The notes beneath the pieces are model-generated. The model searched no databases and was not told the origin of the DNA. It saw nothing but the letters and a program-made list of their open reading frames with translations. From contig CAWJPV010000004.1 of NCBI GenBank assembly GCA_963844785.1, positions 191,534 to 255,533 on the forward strand: DNA of 64,000 nt. The letters are read 5' to 3'. This stretch comes from an uncultured Acidobacteriaceae bacterium. GTDB lineage: Bacteria; Acidobacteriota; Terriglobia; Terriglobales; Acidobacteriaceae. This document shows, piece after piece, positions 50,083 through 60,771 of the stretch. The number at the start of each line of letters is the position of its first letter. The stretch's first letter is position 1. The position numbers were made by a program, and so were the translations under genes.

Positions 50083-50175
50083 AATGAAGGGTACGGGCTT
50101 CAGCCGAAGGGTATGGGCTTTAGCCCGTACGTAAGCAATTGAAAACGGATCCGGCTTTAGCCGCTGAGGGATATC
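50083..50175. repeat. Family-C REP units
   Basis: AATGAAGGGTACGGGCTTCAGCCGAAGGGTATGGGCTTTAGCCCGTACGTAAG ... CCGGCTTTAGCCGCTGAGGG. Confidence 0.85.
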
Positions 50176-50211
50176 TTTTAAATGTCCCCTCCGAGTTTTT
50201 CACCGCCTCCC

Positions 50212-50823
50212 TTAGGGAGCTGGGGTTGCCGGAGCGACGTGGCTGACGGGCAGATTCTCCCACAGCCGTTGCATACTTTGCAGTGCTTCGGCGGCGTTGT
50301 CGACGACGTGGATATAGGCACGGTTTTCCGCCTTGAGAAACCCCTGATTGATCGCAACTCCGAGAAAGCTCAGCAGGTGGTCGTAATAACCGTCAGTGTT
50401 CACCAGCAGGCAGGGTTTTGTGTGGATCCCGAGTTGGGCCCAGGTAAGGACCTCAAAAAATTCATCGAGAGTTCCAAAACCGCCGGGCAGGGCAACGAAT
50501 GCATCCGCCTCCTGCACCATCAAGGCTTTGCGCTCGTGCATGGTTTCCACCAGCACCAGCTGGCTCAGCCCCTGGTGCGCCACTTCCACTCCGGCCAGCG
50601 CCCGGGGAATGACACCGATGACCTCGCTTCCGTTCGCCAGTGCCGCGTCAGCCAACGCGCCCATCAGGCCCACTTGCGCGCCACCGTACACCAAGCCCAG
50701 GCCGGCCTTTCCCAGCATGCTGCCCAAGCCCACTGCCTCGGCGCGGTACTCTGGCCGTACCCCAGATTTCGATCCACAAAAGACGCAAACCCTGCGCCTG
50801 ATTTCCCTGGTTTCATTCCCCAT
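50212..50823 (-). CDS. LOG family protein (cytokinin riboside 5'-monophosphate phosphoribohydrolase-like, TIGR00730 type)
   Basis: ATG at 50823. VCVFCGS, VYGGAQVGLMG, PGGFGTLDEFFE motifs. Confidence 0.85.
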   Translation of the reverse strand: MGNETREIRRRVCVFCGSKSGVRPEYRAEAVGLGSMLGKAGLGLVYGGAQVGLMGALADAALANGSEVIGVIPRALAGVEVAHQGLSQLVLVETMHERKALMVQEADAFVALPGGFGTLDEFFEVLTWAQLGIHTKPCLLVNTDGYYDHLLSFLGVAINQGFLKAENRAYIHVVDNAAEALQSMQRLWENLPVSHVAPATPAP

Positions 50824-50943
50824 ACCAGGATTGCAACACATTTATGAACAGCCTGTGGGCGATACACTGGTAGAAGAGAACCCAGCCCGTCACCCGACCA
50901 TCCGCCGAACGAGATTATCAACGCACGCTCCAGAGACCAGCCA

Positions 50944-53529
50944 TTGCAACATCTGCTCGATAAATTAAACCCGCAACAACGCGCCGCCGTCGAAGCCGTG
51001 GATGGTCCCTTGCTGATCCTCGCTGGGGCGGGTTCCGGCAAGACCGGGGTCATCACCCACCGCATCGCGTATCTCATCCAGGTACGGAACGTTGCCCCCG
51101 ACGCCATCCTGGCGGTCACGTTTACCAACAAAGCCGCGGCGGAAATGGCGGAGCGGGTCGACAAGCTGCTCGAACATCGCTCTTTGGCCAAACCTCTGCT
51201 GGCCACCTTCCACTCGTTTTGTGTCCGCGTTTTGCGTCGCGACATCGAAGCGCTGCGTATCGGCGATGAAGGGCTTACCCGTAACTTTGTGATTTACGAC
51301 GAGACCGACCAGCAGGCCATCGTCAAGCAGGCCATGCGCCGCATGGGGCTGGACACCAAGCAGTTGACGCCGCGCACCGTGCTCTCCCGTATCTCCTGGG
51401 CCAAGAACCACATGCTTGATCCACAGGAGATCTACCTGCAGTCCACCGACCCGCTGAGCGAGCGGATCGCGCAAATCTACGAGATCTATCGCAAGGAACT
51501 GCGCAAGGCGAATGCGCTCGACTTCGACGATCTGCTGCTCGAAACCGTGCGCCTGCTGCGTTCCTCCGCTGAGGTGCGGGAGCGCTATAACCGCCGCTTC
51601 CGCTACCTGCTGATCGATGAGTATCAAGACACCAACCGGCCCCAGTACGAGCTGATGAAGATGCTGGCCGGCCCCGAGCACAACGTCTGCGTCGTGGGCG
51701 ATGAGGACCAGAGTATCTATTCCTGGCGCGGAGCGGACATCCGCAACATTCTGGATTTCGAAAAAGACTTCCCGGAAGCCAAGACCATCCGCCTGGAGCA
51801 AAACTATCGCTCCACGCAAGTGATCCTGGAGGGAGCCTCCGCGGTCGTAGCCCGCAATCTGCAGCGCAAAGGCAAGAACCTGTGGACCTCGCGCGAGGGC
51901 GGAGCGATGATCGGCTACTACGAAGCGCCCGACGGAGAAAATGAGGCGCTCTTTATTGCCGACTACATCGGCAAGTACATGCGCCGTGCTGGCCAGGAGC
52001 AAGACTTGCCCCGGGCAGCGGTGCTTTACCGCACCAACTCCCAGTCCCGGCTGGTGGAAGAAGCCCTGCGCCGTTACGGAATCGCCTACACCATGGTGGG
52101 CGGCTTCTCCTTCTACGACCGCTCCGAGATCAAAGATCTGCTGAGTTACCTCAAGCTGGTGCAAAACCCTGACGACTCGATCGCCTTGGCGCGCATCATC
52201 AACACCCCGCCGCGGGGTATCGGCAAGACCACGCTGGAAGTGCTGGAGCGGCTCAGCCTGGAGACCGGCATGAGCACCTGGGCAGCGATCGAGCGCGCGC
52301 TGCAGGAGCACCTCTTGCCGCAACGCGCGTTGATGGCGCTGGACACCTTCCGCCGCTTGATACAAGATGGCCGTGCCTTGCTCGATCCGGGGTTCGCGGA
52401 AAAGCTGGCGCAAGACCTTCTCCCGCCTCAGGAGTCGAGCGCCCCCGAGGCCGCCGGGACTGATTCAGGAGATTGGGAAGACGTCCGCTTCGACTTCGGC
52501 GATCTCGAACCCGAACCCGATCCGGAAGACAAAGCGCTCCCGCTGCAAGCGGACCTGCATCCCGTACCCGCGGTGGATCCCGTGTATGAAGGATTTCGCA
52601 AGCCCGGCGACGCGGCGACGTTGCCCGAATTGATCCGCTTCCTCATCGACCGCACCGGCTACATCCGCTCGCTTGAGGACGAGGGCACCCCCGAAGCCAT
52701 CTCCCGCATTGAAAACTTGAAGGAACTCGCCAATGCCGCCCAGGATGCGCAGCAGCGCGGGGAGACGTTGTCCGAGTTTCTCGACCACGCTGCGTTGGTC
52801 AGTGACACCGACCGTTACAATCCCCAAAGCCGCGTCACCCTGATGAGCCTGCATTCGGCCAAAGGGCTGGAGTTCCCCCTGGTGTTGCTGGCGGGCATGG
52901 AAGAGGGCCTCTTTCCCCATTCGCGCACGCTCAATCAACCCAACGAACTTGAAGAGGAGCGGCGGCTCTGCTATGTGGGCATGACGCGCGCGATGGATGC
53001 ACTGGTGATGACCCGGGCTCGCTATCGTCGTAGATACGGGAACGACATGCCCGAATCCAGCATTCCCTCGCGCTTTCTGGAAGAGATTCCGCCGCGTTTG
53101 ATGGAAGACCTGACCCGCGGCCAGCGGGCATCCATCGGCAGCGCCTATGGTTCACGATCCGCTCGCGGCAGCGACGAATGGGAAGCGCCCGGACACTACA
53201 GTTACGAGGACGAGGACCAGCGTCCCCGCACCGTTTCCCGGACGGCAGCGCCGCCCGGCCGGTCGAATGCGGGCCCAGGTTCCCTGGACAACATCGCCCA
53301 GTTTTTCTCTTCGCGGAAGGGAAGCGGGACCAGGCCTAAGTTAGAGATCCCCGTCTCTACGGGAGCGACTGGATTCCGTAGTGGTCAGCGCGTTCGTCAT
53401 CCCAAATACGGTGAGGGCGTCGTCTTTCGCCGCGAGGGAGACGGTGACGACGCGAAGATTACGGTACAATTTGCAGAATTCGGCGTGAAGAAGCTAGTGG
53501 AAAAGTTTGCTCAGCTGGAAAAAGTGTAG
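50944..53529 (+). CDS. uvrD: ATP-dependent DNA helicase UvrD/PcrA family
   Basis: TTG start. LNPQQRAAVE, AGAGSGKT, DEYQDTN, and an acidic insertion around residues 480-540. C-terminal Tudor-like FRSGQRVRHPKYGEGVV. Confidence 0.9.
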   Translation: MQHLLDKLNPQQRAAVEAVDGPLLILAGAGSGKTGVITHRIAYLIQVRNVAPDAILAVTFTNKAAAEMAERVDKLLEHRSLAKPLLATFHSFCVRVLRRDIEALRIGDEGLTRNFVIYDETDQQAIVKQAMRRMGLDTKQLTPRTVLSRISWAKNHMLDPQEIYLQSTDPLSERIAQIYEIYRKELRKANALDFDDLLLETVRLLRSSAEVRERYNRRFRYLLIDEYQDTNRPQYELMKMLAGPEHNVCVVGDEDQSIYSWRGADIRNILDFEKDFPEAKTIRLEQNYRSTQVILEGASAVVARNLQRKGKNLWTSREGGAMIGYYEAPDGENEALFIADYIGKYMRRAGQEQDLPRAAVLYRTNSQSRLVEEALRRYGIAYTMVGGFSFYDRSEIKDLLSYLKLVQNPDDSIALARIINTPPRGIGKTTLEVLERLSLETGMSTWAAIERALQEHLLPQRALMALDTFRRLIQDGRALLDPGFAEKLAQDLLPPQESSAPEAAGTDSGDWEDVRFDFGDLEPEPDPEDKALPLQADLHPVPAVDPVYEGFRKPGDAATLPELIRFLIDRTGYIRSLEDEGTPEAISRIENLKELANAAQDAQQRGETLSEFLDHAALVSDTDRYNPQSRVTLMSLHSAKGLEFPLVLLAGMEEGLFPHSRTLNQPNELEEERRLCYVGMTRAMDALVMTRARYRRRYGNDMPESSIPSRFLEEIPPRLMEDLTRGQRASIGSAYGSRSARGSDEWEAPGHYSYEDEDQRPRTVSRTAAPPGRSNAGPGSLDNIAQFFSSRKGSGTRPKLEIPVSTGATGFRSGQRVRHPKYGEGVVFRREGDGDDAKITVQFAEFGVKKLVEKFAQLEKV

Positions 53530-53541
53530 ACAAGGAAAATA

Positions 53542-53697
53542 ATGGCCAATACCAAGAACGTAGAAGACAAGTTGGAACGGAAGAAGATCAAGCGCACGGC
53601 GCGCAAGAAAGCTGCGCCCAAGGCCGCGCGTACCCTGCCCCGAGGTTCCAACAAGAAGAAAGCCAAGAAGCTGACCAGAGGTCAAAGCAAGCGCTAA
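53542..53697 (+). CDS. Candidate small highly basic protein (51 aa)
   Basis: Below the track's apparent ~60-aa cutoff. Translated by hand: MANTKNVEDKLERKKIKRTARKKAAPKAARTLPRGSNKKKAKKLTRGQSKR. AAGGAAA 4 nt upstream. Starts 12 nt after the uvrD stop. Confidence 0.4.
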   Translation: MANTKNVEDKLERKKIKRTARKKAAPKAARTLPRGSNKKKAKKLTRGQSKR

Positions 53698-53722
53698 GCG
53701 GCTAACGTGACCAAGGCCAATT

Positions 53723-53816
53723 CCAGGCCGAGAACATCCAAGGCGGGAAACACCCAAGGCGGGAAACACCCAAGCGGGGAAACACCCAAGCGGGGAAACA
53801 CCCAGGCCGAAAACAT
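53723..53816 (+). repeat. Tandem repeat, 16-nt period (4 near-perfect units flanked by 2 degenerate 15-nt units)
   Basis: CCAAGGCGGGAAACAC x2 and CCAAGCGGGGAAACAC x2, flanked by CCAGGCCGAGAACAT and CCAGGCCGAAAACAT. Confidence 0.9.
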
Positions 53817-53819
53817 GAG

Positions 53820-53860
53820 AGTCCCGAAGGGACGGCTGAGAGTAGCCCAGGGCGGACCCG
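53820..53860 (+). repeat. Family-A REP unit (variant)
   Basis: AGTCCCGAAGGGACGGCTGAGAGTAGCCCAGGG... Confidence 0.7.
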
Positions 53861-53897
53861 GATTTCCTGTGCAGGTTGGCCAAGCCAAGGAGCCTCG

Positions 53898-53923
53898 TGC
53901 GGCTTTCCGTGAAGAAAGCCGCA
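53898..53923. repeat. Family-E hairpin (TGCGGCTTTC-N6-GAAAGCCGCA)
   Basis: 10-bp perfect stem, nested inside a 12-bp outer inverted repeat CCGGATTTCCTG (53858-53869) / CAGGAAATCCGG (53950-53961). Confidence 0.8.
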
Positions 53924-53992
53924 TACGCAGATCTTTCTAGAGCAGCGTGCAGGAAATCCGGGGTAGTCATGGGTAGGTTGCAGAAATGTGAC

Positions 53993-54040
53993 TAGTCCCG
54001 CAGGGACGGCTGAGAATGTCCCAGTACGCAGTGCTGGGCA
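53993..54040 (+). repeat. Family-A REP unit
   Basis: TAGTCCCGCAGGGACGGCTGAGAATGTCCCAGTACGCAGTGCTGGGCA. Confidence 0.85.
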
Positions 54041-54082
54041 AGCTTTTTCCCACCGGGAATTTTCGAGTTGAGTGCGAGGTCC

Positions 54083-54129
54083 GCCCAGGACTGACATCCT
54101 GGGCTACTCTCAGTCGTCCCTACGGGACT
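54083..54129 (-). repeat. Family-A REP unit (inverted)
   Basis: GCCCAGGACTGACATCCTGGGCTACTCTCAGTCGTCCCTACGGGACT is the reverse complement of the family consensus. Confidence 0.85.
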
Positions 54130-54138
54130 TTTCTGTCG

Positions 54139-55706
<1,568 letters not shown>

Positions 55707-55710
<4 letters not shown>

Positions 55711-56735
55711 ATCGCCCCGCTCCCTCCCGCCGGATCGCGGCCACGTGGTTGCGATCGCTCCCCAAAACAGAACTCCACCTTCATCTGGAAGGAACCGTTA
55801 CTCCGGAGACGCTGGTCGAATTGAGCCAGCGGAACGATGATCAACCCATGACGCTGGACGAGGCACGGGCCCTCTATCACTACACCGATTTCACCGGGTT
55901 CCTCTTGGCCTTCAAGGCGGTTAGCGAACGGCTGCGCACCCCGGAAGACTACGAATTGATCACCTATCGCATGCTGCAGCGTCTGGCCGCTCAGGGCGTG
56001 GTGCATGCTGAGGCCTACGTCTCCGTGGGCGTTGTTTACTACTGGAGGCGGATCGAGTTCGAACCTCTCTTTCACGCGATGGAAGTAGGGCGCGTGCGCG
56101 CCGAGCAGGAATTCGGGATCACCCTCTATTGGATTTTTGATGCGGTTCGCCACTTTGGCCCGGAGGAGGCGGCTCGCGTCTTTCGCAAGGCCGCTGAACT
56201 ACGCCCGGAGTGGCCCAGCATCGTGGGCATCGGGATTGGCGGCGATGAGCGGCGGACCGGCGCCGAGCCCTTCCGCGAGCTCTTTCAGGAGGCCAAAGAT
56301 GCTGGTCTTCGACTGACCGCGCATGCTGGGGAAACCATGGGACCGGAGAGCATCTGGGCAGCCCTCAATATAGGCGCGGAGCGCATCGGCCATGCGCTTT
56401 CCGCGCAACTGGATCCGGATCTCATGGAGGTGTTGGCCGAACGCCAGGTACCGCTGGAAATTTGCGTGACGTCGAATGTGCGCACCGGTTGTTGTCCCAC
56501 CCTGGAGGAGCATCCGGTACGCCGTTATTTCGATGCAGGCCTCATGGTGACCCTCAATTCCGATGATCCGGCGATGTTCGAAAGCGACCTCCAGGACGAA
56601 TATCGTGTGGCCCATGATGCGTTTGGCTTTACCGCCGAGCACCTGCGTGAATTGGCGGCTAATTCTATTGAAGCCAGCTTCCTTCCCGCGGTACGAAAGG
56701 TCGCCCTGCTGCATCAAATTGAGCAGGTGAAATAG
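55707..56735 (+). CDS. add: Adenosine deaminase
   Basis: ATG at 55707 overlaps the permease stop (ATGA). LPKTELHLHLEG, HAGE, SLNSDDP-like VTLNSDDP motifs. Confidence 0.9.
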
Positions 56736-56888
56736 TCCTTTGGTGTCCACCGCCGTAACTACGTGGTTTTCATGAACCTGCGCTATTATTTCGGCATGAT
56801 GTACATGGATGGTAAAGACTTCAGGGCTCAGGGTTCCGGCGACATACTGCCGGCGATCTCGCCTACCCAGGAAGAAGAAGGGTCTGCT

Positions 56889-57056
56889 ATGGCGATAGTT
56901 GGCTGGACTTCGGTTGCTGTTGGTATTGCTGCTGTGGGTCTCTACGTCGGCCGCGAGTTGCGTGCGCGTTATAAGTTCAATCACCGCACGCAGTACGATT
57001 TCTTCTCGCATGCCGGGGATAGTGTCTGCTCGGCAGATTACGGCACTGGAATTTAA
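56889..57056 (+). CDS. Possible small membrane protein (55 aa); weak call
   Basis: ATG at 56889 after GAAGGG. One TM (MAIVGWTSVAVGIAAVGLYVG). The ORF could also start at 56763. Confidence 0.3.
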   Translation: MAIVGWTSVAVGIAAVGLYVGRELRARYKFNHRTQYDFFSHAGDSVCSADYGTGI

Positions 57057-57074
57057 CCCTTCACCCACGGAGCC

Positions 57075-57136
57075 CCATTCGCCGTCACGGTGACCCGCTC
57101 GGCTGCGCTACGGGTCACGCGGACCGGCAACGAATG
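57075..57136. terminator. Long imperfect hairpin between convergent genes
   Basis: CCATTCGCCG..GTGACCCG-N13-CGGGTCAC..CGGCAACGAATGG, between stops at 57056 and 57157. Confidence 0.4.
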
Positions 57137-57156
57137 GTGCGTGGGTGGGCCAGGCT

Positions 57157-58437
57157 TCACCCCGGATAGGGCTGTTCTTCCTTTTGCAGCAACGATTCTG
57201 GGGTCAACTGCTCGATTCCCCGTAGGGAGGGGAAGAGCACACTCCAAATGCCGGTCACGGCCAGCGCCCCGATACCTCCAATCACCACGGCGCGCACCGC
57301 CCCCCACCACTGGGCGGTCACTCCGCTTTCAAACTCACCCAGTTCATTCGAAGCTCCAACAAAGAGCGAGTTGACGGCGCTCACTCTGCCCCGCATCGAC
57401 GCCGGGGTCGCCAGTTGCAGCATCGACGACCGGATCACCACACTGACCATGTCCGAGGCTCCCACCACCATCAACGCAGCCAACGAAAGCTGCAGGCTCC
57501 TGGAGAGGCCGAAGACGATCGTGGCGCTCCCATAAACAGCCACTCCGATGAACATAAGAACGCCGGGGCGCTTCAAAACCGGGCTGAAGGTCATCCAGAT
57601 AGAAACCGCCAGCGCACCCAGCGCCGGCGCCGAGCGAAGGGCTCCCAACCCTTGTGGCCCGGTATGCAATAGATCGTGGGCAAAGATGGGCAGCAGCGCG
57701 GTCGCACCACCCAAAAGCACCACGAAAAGATCCAGCGAAATCGACCCCAGCAAGAGCTTCGATCTCCACACATAGCGAAACCCCGCCAGGATTACGTCGG
57801 TGGAAATCGCACGATGCTCCATTCGTCCGGGGCGTACATGCAAAGACCCGATCAACAGCACAAAGCAGATACCGGTTGCCAGCGTAAATAGAAACACAAC
57901 CGGAGCTCCGTAGAGCCTGCCTATCGGCGGCAAGGTATAGAGCAGACCCCCCACTGCCGGTCCGGCAATGTTGGCGATCTGGAAGACCGTGGCTCCCCAG
58001 GTGATGGCATTCACGAAATTTTCCGTAGGCACCAGGTGGGGCAGCAGTGCCGAACTGGCGGGGCCGCTGAAGGCGCGGCCGGAGCCGATCAGGAAGAGCA
58101 CAACAAAGATCGGCTCTACTCTATGCAGACCTTGCAATGCGAAAACCAGGAGTGTAAATGTGCATAAGATCTGCAGTACATAGCAGACCAGTATCACCAT
58201 CCGCCGATCATAGCGGTCCGCGACATGCCCGGCGGGCAGCAGAAATAAGAGCCCGGGCAAAAACAGCACCAGCCCGGTATACCCTAGATCGATCGCCCGA
58301 TGGGTGATCTCGTATACCTGCCAAGCCACGGCCACCGCCTGCGCTTCCGCGCCCATGATGACCATTACCCGTGCCAGCTGATAGCGGCGAAAATCTCGAA
58401 AGGCAAATGCTGCTGTCCCTGTTCCTGATGGGGCCAT
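57157..58437 (-). CDS. MFS transporter
   Basis: 426-aa ORF with about 12 TMs. GHVADRYDRR loop motif typical of MFS. Confidence 0.85.
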   Translation of the reverse strand: MAPSGTGTAAFAFRDFRRYQLARVMVIMGAEAQAVAVAWQVYEITHRAIDLGYTGLVLFLPGLLFLLPAGHVADRYDRRMVILVCYVLQILCTFTLLVFALQGLHRVEPIFVVLFLIGSGRAFSGPASSALLPHLVPTENFVNAITWGATVFQIANIAGPAVGGLLYTLPPIGRLYGAPVVFLFTLATGICFVLLIGSLHVRPGRMEHRAISTDVILAGFRYVWRSKLLLGSISLDLFVVLLGGATALLPIFAHDLLHTGPQGLGALRSAPALGALAVSIWMTFSPVLKRPGVLMFIGVAVYGSATIVFGLSRSLQLSLAALMVVGASDMVSVVIRSSMLQLATPASMRGRVSAVNSLFVGASNELGEFESGVTAQWWGAVRAVVIGGIGALAVTGIWSVLFPSLRGIEQLTPESLLQKEEQPYPG

Positions 58438-58574
58438 ATGCCTGCTTTTTTAATTTTTCAAAAACTGTCCTTGACCATTCCCCGGAAAGGATATCGCAAG
58501 CAGGCAACTACAATAGGATGCAGGCACGTCGTCACGATTTTTTTCGAGCGCGACCTTAGCTGAGAAGGATATAC

Positions 58575-59192
58575 ATGGCCGCAGACGTCACAGAAAACGA
58601 AGCCGAGAAAAAACTAAGCCCCGCGCTGGAAGAGTTGCTGGCGGGCAACCGCCGATTCACCAGCGGCCGCACCTCTGCCTACCGGCGTGACCTCGCCATG
58701 CTGCAACAAACTCTGGAGAGGCAGGAACCGTTTGCCGCGGTTCTCTCCTGCTCCGATTCGCGCGTGCCCGTGGAGGTGGTCTTCGATCAGACCATCGGAC
58801 AGCTTTTTGTTACTCGCGTGGCCGGCAACATGGTCACCCCGGAGATCGTCGCCAGTCTCGAGTATGCTGCCGCTGTGCTGGGCACAAACACCATCCTGAT
58901 CATGGGCCATAGCAGGTGCGGGGCGGTCACGGCGGCGATCCAGAGGCAAGCGCAACCGGAACAATCCTTTCCCGGCCAGATAGGCGTGCTCTTCCCGCAT
59001 CTCAAGGCGGCCGTGGATCAAGCCGGCCCCGATATCGAGTCCACCATTCGCGCCAATGCGCTGATCCAGTCCGCCCGGTTGCGGGAATTGTCCCCGCTGC
59101 TGGCCGCGATGATCGACGAGGGCAAACTACAGGTGGCGACGGGCTACTTCGACATCGGCAGTGGAGCGGTGACGCTGCTCGAGGGAGCCTGA
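58575..59192 (+). CDS. Beta-class carbonic anhydrase
   Basis: CSDSRVP ... GHSRCGAV zinc-ligand motifs. Confidence 0.9.
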   Translation: MAADVTENEAEKKLSPALEELLAGNRRFTSGRTSAYRRDLAMLQQTLERQEPFAAVLSCSDSRVPVEVVFDQTIGQLFVTRVAGNMVTPEIVASLEYAAAVLGTNTILIMGHSRCGAVTAAIQRQAQPEQSFPGQIGVLFPHLKAAVDQAGPDIESTIRANALIQSARLRELSPLLAAMIDEGKLQVATGYFDIGSGAVTLLEGA

Positions 59193-59197
59193 GGTAT

Positions 59198-60640
59198 CTA
59201 GTTGCCGTGCACGTAGGTTGCGTATTGGGTATCGACAATGCCCAGGTTACGCGCCAGCCCCAACTTGGCTTGGTTGTGCTGGCTGGTGGTGTTCACCAGG
59301 GTGGTCTCGGCGTCCGCCAGGGTAGCCTGTGCCTGGACCACGGGCAGGTTGTCGTCCACTCCGGCCTGGAAACGTTCCGTGGTTTGTTCCAATTCTGTGC
59401 GCGCCAAGTCCACGTTGCTTTGCGCCACCCGCACCAGCTCGGTAGCGGTCTCTACATCCAGGATGCTATCCCTTAGCTGCTGGTTGATCTGCTCTTTCAA
59501 AGCCGCCAATTGCTCGGTCAGATTAGTGAGGTTGGCGGCTGCGACACCGCTGTCTCCGCGAAACTTGGCTTCTTCAAAAAGGGGCAGGTTCAGCGTACCC
59601 GTAGCCGCGAACGTTCCATGGTAAAAACCGCCCGTCACCCCGGTGACGCCATAATTGCCCTGAAAGGTGAGCGTTGGCAGCCGCTCCCATTTGGCCGCTC
59701 TCCGCTGCAATTGGGCGGCCCGTACCTGGGCCTGCAAACCCTGGTAGTCCTGCCGGCTCTGGTAGGCGATTCGCTTGGCTTCGTCGATGTTCATGGTCGC
59801 CAGGTCGGCATAGGGCGCTGAATCGGTAAGCTGGATCTCCTGTTCGGCTGGAAGACCGATCTCCCGGTTGAGTGCGATCTTGGCCTTGGCGAAATTGACT
59901 TCGGCCGAAACCAGGGCCTGCTGCTGGGTTTGGAACTGCACCCGCGCCCGTAGTTCGTCCAGGTTCGCAGCCGTGCCCGCCTGGTGCTCGGCGACGGTTT
60001 GGTCGAGCAGCACCTGGTCGGCCTGCAGCAGCGCCTTTGCATTGGCCACCTGGGCGCCCAAAGCCAGCGCCTGCAGATAGGCGTCGCCCACCGTCAGCAC
60101 CACCAGCCCGCGTGAAGACTGCTTGCTGAAATAAGCAGCCCGCTCGTCTGCCTTGGCCGCCCGGTAGAGGTCGATATTCTGCAGGCTGAACAGGGTCTGC
60201 GAGTAATTCACCATCGCGTCGGTCGAGTTGACCTTCACCACCGTCTTAACCGATGCCAGGTCCAGGCCAGGAAAAAGGGGAGCGGATTTGGCTAAAAGGT
60301 AGCTCGAAAACCCAAAGGCTGCCAAATTGATCTGGTGTGCCCCAGAATCAGCCTGCGCGGTGACGGTGGGGAGAAGCGATTGCAGGTTTTCGCTGGTTTG
60401 TGCCTTCGCGATCAATTCCTGCTGCTGGGCCTCGATCAGCGCCAGGTTATGCTCGATGCCCATCCCGATGGCTTGATCGATGCTCAGGGGCTTGACCCCG
60501 TCGGTCGGCTTCACGATGGTTACGCTGCCGTAATAGGGGCTTTGCGCGGAACTCTGGTTGGCCGTTTGCGCTGACAGCATTCCAGCGGACAACAACGCCG
60601 CCGTACACGCTGCCCTAAGCCGCCGCGCTGGGATCGTCAT
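59198..60640 (-). CDS. TolC family outer-membrane efflux protein
   Basis: 480-aa ORF with signal peptide and duplicated coiled-coil/beta repeat pattern. No adjacent pump genes. Confidence 0.8.
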   Translation of the reverse strand: MTIPARRLRAACTAALLSAGMLSAQTANQSSAQSPYYGSVTIVKPTDGVKPLSIDQAIGMGIEHNLALIEAQQQELIAKAQTSENLQSLLPTVTAQADSGAHQINLAAFGFSSYLLAKSAPLFPGLDLASVKTVVKVNSTDAMVNYSQTLFSLQNIDLYRAAKADERAAYFSKQSSRGLVVLTVGDAYLQALALGAQVANAKALLQADQVLLDQTVAEHQAGTAANLDELRARVQFQTQQQALVSAEVNFAKAKIALNREIGLPAEQEIQLTDSAPYADLATMNIDEAKRIAYQSRQDYQGLQAQVRAAQLQRRAAKWERLPTLTFQGNYGVTGVTGGFYHGTFAATGTLNLPLFEEAKFRGDSGVAAANLTNLTEQLAALKEQINQQLRDSILDVETATELVRVAQSNVDLARTELEQTTERFQAGVDDNLPVVQAQATLADAETTLVNTTSQHNQAKLGLARNLGIVDTQYATYVHGN

Positions 60641-60771
60641 TATGGGTCGTCGCTTCCTTTCCGTCCAATCCTTTAGATCGGTTCAGCGCCTTCAGGTTGC
60701 CTAAATGTGGCAGGCTCGGGGCGCAACTCGCCCCTCACCCATCGTACTAGGGGTGTGGAGGGGGCGAGCCC

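Noticed and set aside
53707-53940. 77-aa ORF spanning the 16-nt tandem repeat and REP units.
   Set aside because: The sequence is entirely repeat-derived. A 16-nt period is incompatible with a selected peptide repeat, and the opposite strand gives equally long ORFs.
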